Origin: Geosiphon pyriformis uo1
Taxonomy: Eukaryota > Fungi > Glomeromycota
Assembly (NCBI GenBank): GCA_016748015.1
Contig: JAAOMT010000779.1
Location: 266,081 to 330,080, forward strand
DNA length: 64,000 nucleotides
Reading direction: 5' to 3'
In this document: positions 54,779-64,000 of the stretch, one piece after another
Layout: each line of letters begins with the position of its first letter
Numbering within the stretch: the first letter of the stretch is position 1
Notes under the pieces: model-generated
Told to the model about the DNA's origin: nothing
Seen by the model: only the letters and a program-made list of their open reading frames with translations
Databases searched by the model: none
Program-made: the position numbers and the translations under genes

Positions 54779-55611
54779 TTTTTTTTTTATTAACATGTTT
54801 AACGAGTGTAGTCCAATCACTATCTAGTACATAGAGCCAAACTAAGAGGCTCAAACTAAATGCGACTCATGTACTTTCTACATGTGGCTAGCCACTCAGG
54901 CCAGACAAGGCAACACTACACATCTATAATAATCCGCACACTGCCACCCAGACCAGAAAAGAAACAATAAGGCTTCCAATAACCAAAGCTAACAGCAAAA
55001 AAATTGGCCACACCAAGCAATCTTACAATACCATTAAACAAAACTGAAGACACACTATAAGAGAGCCCAGAAACAACACCACCATCACAAACCAGACCAG
55101 TCTTCTCTATCACCATCTAGTGGCTGGTCCTAGCCAATCACACTTTAGCACGATGTAGCTCAACCATGAACCTGACATAATCAACGATCTGAGTAGTTGC
55201 CACCTTCTTATCCTCAAAAATACTATAAGCTTCCTTATACCACTCCCTCAACACAAACCCTTTGCAAACCAAAGTGTACAACCCAACATCAATGGAACAT
55301 TGAGACAAAACTCACAACACAGCAGAAGCAGAGGAACTGCTAACCAAAGCTGACCAACGGGCAGAAGCCTCAGCCAAAATCTTGCCACGAATACCAGACT
55401 CATAAACACAAGTAAAAGTGTGGTCAGAGAACTCCACCCCACTGCAAAACAAACATAATACACTAGGGTAGCGCTTATTATACAACCTTTTCTTTACCAC
55501 CACTGGCAATCTTCTGTGCACAGCCTTCATAATATAAATGCAAAGCATTGAGGATACCTGGCTAGTGAACCCAGTAAGCATATGAGAATCAGGATGCCAC
55601 ATCTTTGCCGT
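54779..55611 (-). mobile_element. LINE 3' end (C-terminal Zn-finger region, 3'UTR, poly(A)), interrupted by an LTR
   Basis: MWHPDSHM...VHRRLPVVVKKRLYNKRYPSVLCLFCSGVEFSDHTFTC is homologous to 5583-6353. T-run at 54779-54788. Confidence 0.9.
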
Positions 55612-56594
55612 TATTACTAGAGGTTTTTGGTCTTTTTTCTTAAATGTTATTGATGTTTGTTTGCTGTGAATTTCATGTTTTCTGAATGTGGTTGAACCTT
55701 CAATAACTAATTTATCTTCAAATTATCTTCTATAATTTGAACTGCTGGGCTTATAAGTGGAATGGCCAATTCCATGCCAGTTGCTTTGTGTAGTTACATT
55801 GTAGTAAACATTAACTCTTTCTCAGGAATTGCTCATCTGAAAGCTTACTAAAATGTGTAGTTACTTTGCTGTGAAAGTCAACTCTTCTACAGGAATCTCG
55901 TTTGTAGGTTACCCTAATAATTATAATAAGAAAATAAAAATAAAAGAAAATAAAAGAAATGTAAAAGAAATAGAATTTTTGTCAAGAGAAACGTTTTCTA
56001 TCCAGGCCTGGAGTTACTAACAGATTATTGAAATTGGTAGCTAATCAATTTCAAAACGTTAGTTGTGTTGAAGAAATTTTAAGTATAATAATTTAAGGAT
56101 TTGGTTTTTTAAATATTTAATTTTTATTTTAATGTGTAAAAAAAAGTGATTTGTTCTAATTAAGATACTTAAAGTAAGATACATTTTCTCAAAAAAAGAA
56201 GCTCTTCTTTTATACAACTTGTCGTAACACTATTCTATGAACTTGAACTTTGCTATTTTCTACAATTTTGCTGAACTAAAGATACATTTTGGCAAACTAC
56301 AAGTTATTTCTGCGAACTATTAGATATTTCGGTGAACTATTAATTATTTCGGCGAATTTCTATAAATTTCAGTGAACTTTTGAATATTACATAGTTCGGG
56401 ATATTACATGATTGATCATCGCAATTAGGTTACATTTGTGTTGTGTACAATTTGGGTTATTAATTAAATGATAATTTCGAACATTTTTGCTAATGTAATA
56501 AGTGGTAATTTGAAATGATAATATATGCTAATTAATGATAGGAATTATAAGATAATTTTATGTTAAATAATATTTCTAATTTCGTCTGGTAACA
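55612..56594 (-). repeat. 3' LTR of Gypsy element C
   Basis: Starts TGTTA on the minus strand right after the PPT GAGGAGGAGGTTA (56595-56607) and ends at the LINE junction with a decayed terminus. Confidence 0.75.
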
Positions 56595-57282
56595 TAACCT
56601 CCTCCTCAAGACTGAGCTCCGTCGAAATCCAAGTACTGTTTGTCATTTCCAGATAATAATCCAAAATTATTGAAGAAATTTGGTCTGAAAATTGTTGAAA
56701 TTTCAGTTCTGTGAGCTTTCCAATGTATTGAATCTTCAAAGATTGAAAAATTGGGTTTTGTAGTACGTTTTCACAGATGTGGAATAGGTCATAAAGTCTA
56801 AGAGTAGCTCTAAGCCTGTAGCAACTGTTTGTTGATCCAGCTGTTGTCTTGAATTCGTTGTGGAGTTGTTTCTGAATAGCTTTTTTTGTGAGGTTTGCTG
56901 TTGTAAGTTCCAGTTTCCATTCGTAGAGTGTTTTTCCAATGTGAAAATATCTATAGATTGGAGGATATTCAGTGTTTTCCTCATTGAGACACAGTTGAAG
57001 TCTTTGTTGAATTGTAGTATTTGGTGGAATACTAATCAGAGTGAGCATTAAATTTTCTCTTAAAGCAAGTTTTAAAAGTTTTAGCAGGTGAATTCCAGTA
57101 TAACTTCTTGTGTTCTTCTTATACGGATGATATTTTCGTGAATTTGGGGCTAAATTTGTAACTACTTCTGTTTGGGTATAATTAATGTGGTTTCCAGTAA
57201 CAGTAATAGATAATTCAGGTATTGTTTTTAAAGCTAACATTAGTTTTTGGGATAATTGTTGAATGTTTTGAGGAATAGTCAT
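56563..57282 (-). CDS. Extra 3' ORF (ORF3, ~239 aa) of Gypsy element C, unknown function
   Basis: Uninterrupted ORF between integrase and the 3' LTR that reads through the PPT. A homologous remnant occupies the same position in element A. Confidence 0.7.
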   Translation of the reverse strand: MTIPQNIQQLSQKLMLALKTIPELSITVTGNHINYTQTEVVTNLAPNSRKYHPYKKNTRSYTGIHLLKLLKLALRENLMLTLISIPPNTTIQQRLQLCLNEENTEYPPIYRYFHIGKTLYEWKLELTTANLTKKAIQKQLHNEFKTTAGSTNSCYRLRATLRLYDLFHICENVLQNPIFQSLKIQYIGKLTELKFQQFSDQISSIILDYYLEMTNSTWISTELSLEEEVMLPDEIRNII

Positions 57283-60200
57283 TATAAGCAATTTGAAATA
57301 AAAGAAAATTATTTTTGGTGCATGGGTTTTTATGTTATTTTTGTTTTGTTTTTGTGAGATTGTTTCTAAATTATAAGAAGATAACTATAATAATAAATTT
57401 AAATTAAGTGTTCAAGTTGTGAGGCTGTTCAATGACAACTATTGGTTCTAAATTTCGGGGAATGTCTTCGGAATTGATTAAAGGGGAATGTGTACCAATT
57501 TGTGGAATTAATGGTTCAGGATTGTTTCTGGAATTATAATGTTTCAAACAATCTCCATGTGCAACTTTTGCTAGAATTTTGTCATCAAGTCTTAACTTGT
57601 ATGATCCATTGCCTAAAACTTTATGGATAAAGAATAGTTCATCCCATTTATTTTCAAATTTTCCATTTCATTGTTTTTCGGCTTTAGTTCTGTGTAAGAG
57701 AACTTTGTTTCCAATTTTAAATTCATTAGTGACTGGAGGCAATTTGTTATCATGCCATTCTTTTTGTTGAGCTTGGGAGTATTCAATATGAGTGGCTGCT
57801 ATTCGTCGTTTTTCTTCCAATGTGCTAAGCAGAGTGTAGGCTCTTTGTTGAAGCATTTCTTGGAAATTGTTTTCATTGATTGGTTGTGCTGGGTATGTTT
57901 CCACTGTGAAACTAATTGGTAATGTTGCTGTCCTTCCGTAAGTTAAATCAAATGGTGTGTGTTTTGTGGTATCTTGTTTTAGTGTCCTATATGCTAGTAA
58001 CACTGATGGAATAAAGAGATCCCATTCTTGCTCAAAATCAGTTGAAACTTTGGCTAATAATTTACACAATGTTCTGTTGAACCATTCTACCAGTCTATTT
58101 GTTTGTGGATGGTAGGGTGAAGATAATGACATTAAATTGTCCACAAATTTCCTGGATTAAATTGTTCACGAAATGTGTTCCTTGATCAGATAAAAGTTCT
58201 ATTGGGCATCCATGTCTACAAATGATGTCTTCATAGATGAAGTTTGCTACTGATTTTGCATCTGCCTGTTGAATGGCTCTGGCTTCAGGCCATTTGGTAA
58301 GATAGTCTACGGCTACTGCAATGTAGTGGTTTCCTTGGTTTGTGATAGGTAGTGGTCCGACTAAATTGATACCAACTTTGTCAAAAGGCTGTCTAACTTT
58401 GATTGGGTTTAAAGGTTCTGTAGGGTGAGTTCCTTCTCTTTTTTGACAACTATTACAAGATTCAACATATTCGTGAATGTCTTTTCTTATTCGAGGCCAA
58501 AAGTAGTATTCTAGTGTTTTTTGGGTAGTGCTGTCTTTTTCGAAGTGGGCTGATAAAGGATCTGAGTCCATGTTGTATAATATAGTCTCTTTTTCCTGTT
58601 CTTGTATTAATCTGAATGGTTTGTCTGGGTTTTTGAAATTTTGGTAATAAATAATGTTGTTGTGTAGAAAATATTGTTTGGCTTGTTGTTATAGTCAATG
58701 TTTTTCATCTGGAGACCAATCTGTTGGGATTGTTAATGTTTTCAAATATTGTTTAAGATTATTGTAGTTTTCTGAATTCATTGTTTGTTGGCTCTTTTGG
58801 TTGGTTAAGTTGAGTGTTGATTTTTGTGTTTTTCTAATCTTGTTTCATTCTGGAGAGACAGTCAACATTGGTGTGGAGTTTTCTTGGTTTATAATGTACT
58901 ATGTATCAATAGTTTGCTAGAAATTCTGTCCATTGGGTTTGGTTTGCATTTAGCTAAGTATTTTTGTTCTGAAGCCCTTTGAGTCCAATATTATCAATGA
59001 TAATATCAAATTTTTTAGGCCTGAGATAAAGATTGAAATGGTGTAGGGCCCAAATTATGGCTGCTGTTTCTAGTTCTATGGCAGGGTAGTTTTTCTCAGC
59101 TGGTTTTAATGTTCTGCTAGCATAAGCAATTACTCGCTTATTTCCGTTGTCATCTAGTTGTGATAAGATAGCACCAAAGGCAGTATATGAAGCATCTGTA
59201 GCTAGTCGAAATCAGTTGCTGAAATCTGAGTAGGCGAGAATTGGAGCTGTTATCAGTTTTTCCTTGAGAATTTCAAAAGCTTTTTGGTGTTCGGTAGTCC
59301 ATTTGTATTCAACGTTTTTGGTGGTGAGCTGGTTGAGGGGTTTTGCAATTTCCGAAAATCTTTTGATAAACTTCCGATAGTAGGATGCTAATCCTATGAA
59401 TCCTCTTAGTTCTGTAGTGTTTCAAAGAGTTTTGAAGTTTTTGACAATGCTGATTTTTCTAGGATCTGGTTTAATTCCATCTTTACTAACAATATGACTA
59501 AGGAAGGCCAGGCTTGTTTTTCCAAAGTAGCATTTTTCGATATTGAGTTTTAGTCCTGCTTTTCATAATCATTGAAAAACTTCTCACAGGTGTTTTAAGT
59601 GTAATTCGAACAATGGAGAATAAATATCAGTATCGTCAAGATAAACGACTACTAATTTCCAAAGAAGTCCTTGATACACAATATCCATTAATCTCTGAAA
59701 TGTTGCTGGTGTATTGCATAATCCAAAAGACATTACATTGAACTCGTAATTTCTGCCTTGGATGGTGAATGCTGTTTTGGGGCAATCTTTGGGATCCATA
59801 GCAACTTGTCAGTAACTACTTTCTAAATCTAGTGTTGAAAAGTATTTGGATTTTCCAAGGGCATCTAACATGTCATCAATCCGGGGAAGGGGGTAGGTGT
59901 CTCCAATTGTAACACTGTTGGGTTGTCAATAGTCAACACAAAATTGGATCTTTCTATTTTTCTTTTTAACTAGCACTACAGGTGAAGCCCAAGGACTCAT
60001 GAAGGGTTGAATGAGCCCATTGTTAAGCATTTGTTGTACTTCTTCTCAGATGAATTGGTGGCTTTCTGGAGCAACTCAATATGCTTGTTGTCTTCTTGGT
60101 TTGGCATCTTCTGTATAAATTTGGTGTTAAACCAAATTGGTTCTTCCTAAGTTATTGTTGTTTTCAGCAAAGATATTGGCAAATTCTGTAATTAGCTCTT

Positions 60201-63200
60201 TGAGCTGGGTCTGTTGTTGTGGTTCAAGTTGTCCCATATTGATTCGAGATAGTTTTTCCATGACAACATGGTAGTTTTCAGAGCTGGGGTTTGGGTTGAT
60301 TTTTGGTATTGAATGTCCAATAATTTCAGAAAAATTGGGAACTGTTTGGGATAATTCTTGTTGAAATATATTACTGTGAATAACTCTAATTTCTAAATTA
60401 TTTAATAAAATTATGGGGTAATTATTGGGATTGTAAAAAGTAACTCGGACTTTCTTTGTTTCTTTTGGAATATAAATGTTTGGGATCGAAATATTATGTT
60501 CCAAGCAGACTTGTTCATTGGACTCAAAAATTTGTTGTGTGGTTGTTGGCTTTGGGCAGATGTAGATTTCTGGATGTTCTCCAAAGGATAAGATGGTAAT
60601 TGGTTGTGGAAGTCTGAGAATCTGGTGGGATTCGTTCTGTGTGTTAAGAGCTATGTTAACTGGAACTGTGAATCGTCCAGTTGAACCAAAACCTTGGGTT
60701 CCTCTATCACTTTTTCCTAATTGTTCTCTTTGATTGACTAGTTGCAAACCCGAAATGTTGATTAAGGGTAGGTAAATAGCTTGGGCAATTTTTTCAGCAT
60801 GTTCGATCTTAAATGGTTTGTCAGTTTCATTTTGAAGCATCACTGTAATGTCTCCAGTATATTCAGCATCGATTATTCCTCCTCTGACATTGATTTTTTT
60901 GCTTGCCAGAGAGGACCAGGAGGTAATTTGAACCATTGCTCCTGGCAGGATTTTGAGTGCAATTTTGAGGTTGATTTTTGTGAAAGATTTGGGTTTGAGA
61001 ACAAAAGTATCCTTGCCTGGATATCTTAAGTCATATCTAGCATTAATTTCGTGTGCTTTTTGGGTTTTATTCCTTGTCCGTTGTTGTTGAAGTATTTAAG
61101 TTGTAAGGCAGGCTGATTTTCGATAAGGTAGATAGGTGTTGTTTCAATTTTTTCTGTTGCTTCAGGTTCTCCAAATTCAATTTTGTTCTTATTATTTTTG
61201 CTGGGCAAGGGAATACTAAGAGCATAGCATTTAGGACATCACTGTTCATTGCAAGGCATAATGCATTCTTTACATAGCCTAATGTTCATTTGCTCTAATC
61301 ATTGAATTTGAGCTTCTTGAGTTGGGTAGGTGTGACTTGCAATTTGGTGGTAGACTTCTACTTCATTTTCGTAATCAAATCCAGCTAATTCCATGGTGTA
61401 TTCAATGTATTCTGCTTCTTTCATTTGGCGAACATTTTTTTTGGTAGCTCTATTAATTAATGCCATTGCTAGGTCGAAAATCATCTCAGCATCATAGAGG
61501 TAGTGATAAAGTTTGTTGAGAGCACTGTTGTATGCCGCATTAAAGGGTGTTCCTCTTTTTACTTTTTCTGAAATTGATAAAGTATATTGGCAGGTCTGAT
61601 CACAGACTCTTTCTCTTATGGCTACATCAATCCAATTGTATTCTTTTGATAGTATATCTCCACAAGTCAAACAAGGGGTGTTGTCCCATTTTCCACTCCT
61701 TTTTATTAAATGGCCCCATCATTCTCTGTGGCAAGCTTTGCAGTAATAACAAGTATGATTTTCATATTCTTCTTCAGGTGAAATGCAGGCTCCCATTGAC
61801 AATAGTTTTTTGTGGCAGTCTTTACATTTAAGGAGAATATAGGGGCATTGTTTTCTTGGTTCAGGTTTTGAGTAAAGGATATTTCATTCAGAAGTTTTGG
61901 GTTCAGAGTGTGGGGTAAAATGTTCTTGTTCTGTTTCATTGGCCCAGTTGGACGTTGATTTAAAAGCCATGAATGTTTCAATAAGAGGTTTTTTCTCTTC
62001 CGGTTTGAATTCAAAAGCTGGGGCTTTTTCAGAGCGTTTGTTAAATGTACCACAAGTGGCAGGTACCCGGGCATGTTGTCCTTGATAGGAGATTGTTAAC
62101 TCTTGTGTTTCTCAATTCAAATTAGCATTGGCTTTCTGAAGCCAATCATTTCTGACAAGAGCTTGGTACTGAGGTGCATTCATTATAAGAACTTTGACTA
62201 AAATGGTGATTCCATCAAGAGTGAATGGAAAATTGTCAATTTCTTCTACTGGGGTCTTTTTCATGTCATCGGCAGTGATGATTACTGTTTGAGCTGGTCG
62301 GTTGACATTTCTCTTCAACTGTTACATTAACTGGTAGGTGATAATGCTTCCGGCGGATCCACTGTCTAGGATCAAGCAAATTGTCTTTCCTTTAACTTCT
62401 GCTTTAGTGTACATAGCCGTGATTGCTTTTTGTTTATTGGCAGCTGCATTACTAAGCAGAGATGGTGATTCATTTGCTTCGAACTCAAAAGGGAATATAT
62501 CTGAAAGGTTAGCATTTTCTGCGATTCTGGCTGGTGGGATTGTGATAAGAGTATAGGAAGAGTTTTGTTGTTGTGCTGCAGCTCTACCTTCCGAGGGTGC
62601 AGTATGATGAAAATCTTGTTCTTCTGGCATTGTTAAATAACTGGGTTGAGTGTGGTAGTGGTTGGGTCTTGGTTGAGTGGAATTTTGAGGAATCAATTGG
62701 TTATTCGAACTGATTCTATTGTTGTTTACTTGGTATCAGTTTTGTGGTGTGAATTGATTCTGTGTAAGCAGTCTTCAAGCAGGTACTTGATAATGTTGTG
62801 TGGGCAGTTGTTGGTATTGCTGTTGGATTGGCTGTGGGACAGGCTGATAATAGTTATTTTGATATTGGGGTCTTGGTGGATAGTAAACTGGTAGTGGCAG
62901 TTGATAATAAGATTGCTGTGGTGGAGGGTAATGTTGATTACTTTTATTTTGTTGGTCTCGTTGTAGCTTTCTGCAATCTCTTTTCCAGTGGCCAGAGATT
63001 CCACAGTAATGGCAATTTTGAGGCTGGTTATTGGAAAGTGGTGCAAAGTTATTTTGATTTTGTCTTTGGGGTGGTTGATATCTTTGGGGTTGCTGTTGTT
63101 ATTGATTGGTGAAATAGTTTCAACCTTCTTTGTAAGTTGGTCAATTTTTTCCTCAGCTGCTGAGCTGGTTTCTCCAATTGTCAAATTTACAAGTTTTGTG

Positions 63201-64000
63201 TGATTGGCCTCTTTCATGGCCATTTTGTATCTTTTTGCATGCTGTATGGCAGAGTTTAAATCTTCTGGCGCATGTGGATGAATCTTTTTAATTAGTTTAT
63301 CTTTTAGACCAGCAATAAATTGATCCAAGATTTGAGCATCGGAATAATAATTGTTTGTTTCGAGTTGGCAAATTTGTCTGAGAAGTTTGTTGAATTTTTC
63401 AATATAAGTTATAACAGATTCGGAGGGTTCTTGTTTGATATTTTGAAAACAATTACAAAGGGTAATGGAAGTATTATTGTTGGTGAATTGTTCAAGGAAG
63501 GCTGCTTTGAAAGCATTCCAATTATTGAATGGAGTGGCCAAGTTTTCAAACTATTCTCCTGCTGTTCCTTTGAGAAAGTAGGGAATTGTTCTTAACATTC
63601 TGGCAACATTCCATCCATTTGCATCTCCAGCTTTAGTAATTTGGTCGAGCCATTCTTGGGGACTGGTCTCAATATCTTCTCCATTGAATTCAGGGATTTT
63701 TGTGATGTATGTTGTCATTTCGTCTTCTTCGTTTTCACTGTCTATTGATTCTTCTTCAGTTATTTCAGAGTTGTTTTCTTCGTTTGCTGCTGTCTCAGAG
63801 TGTTCACTTTGATTTTCAGCTAGAAAATCAAGGAGATTGGAACTAGTTTGAAGGGGTTTTTGTTGTCTGATGGGACTTCTGAGTGATGTAAAATCTTTTG
63901 GTCTTGCAAATCAATTCAAGAGTGAATTAGGTGTTTGTGCTTGTGCAAGTGAAGCTGGAAAAGGTGTGATAGTAAGTGGAAGTTTTGAACTGGTTCCTTG
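56595..64000 (-). mobile_element. Ty3/Gypsy element C internal region (5' part beyond the window): gag, CCHC, protease, Cys-rich, dUTPase, RT, RNase H, integrase, ORF3
   Basis: Gag (63.15-63.7 kb); CHYCGISGHWKRDC (~62990); protease LILDSGSAGS (~62370); dUTPase GGIIDAEYTG...DRGTQGFGSTG (60.68-61.05 kb); RT VYLDD (~59640); RNase H LATDAS; integrase 57404-58781 (HFE...CNSC, LLSDQGTHF, YHPQTNRLVEWFNRTL). Confidence 0.93.

Noticed and set aside
56265-56382. Periodic repeats as a possible CRISPR array
   Set aside because: Units are short, degenerate, lack unique spacers and lie within an LTR.
56563-57282. ORF3 as a retroviral Env
   Set aside because: Too short, with no signal peptide, furin site/fusion peptide or TM anchor visible.

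Overview
Eukaryotic, intron-rich fungal DNA. Gene structure and repeat families resemble Glomeromycota, possibly a Geosiphon-like genome; this is an inference from recall, not a search. Eight housekeeping genes lie in CpG-retaining islands: makorin-like E3 (partial), TAN1/THUMP, PCH2, SEC6, calcineurin A, VAM7, RNase Z (TRZ1) and a tubulin-tyrosine-ligase family gene. They are separated by nests of decayed retroelements: (i) APE-RT-RNaseH LINEs (one near full length, one heavily AT-eroded, three fragments) and (ii) unusual Ty3/Gypsy elements with nested solo LTRs. The Gypsy elements carry a Cys-rich domain plus a dUTPase between protease and RT, possibly a separately initiated integrase, and an extra 3' ORF in the env position. 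The most notable hidden feature is a decayed prokaryote-type IS607 element (serine recombinase TnpA overlapping a Fanzor2/TnpB RNA-guided nuclease gene) at about 45.0-46.7 kb. A second diverged fragment of the same family lies on the opposite strand at about 36.3-36.6 kb. All TE copies are pseudogenised by C>T/G>A mutation. Exon and element boundaries were read by eye and are approximate.
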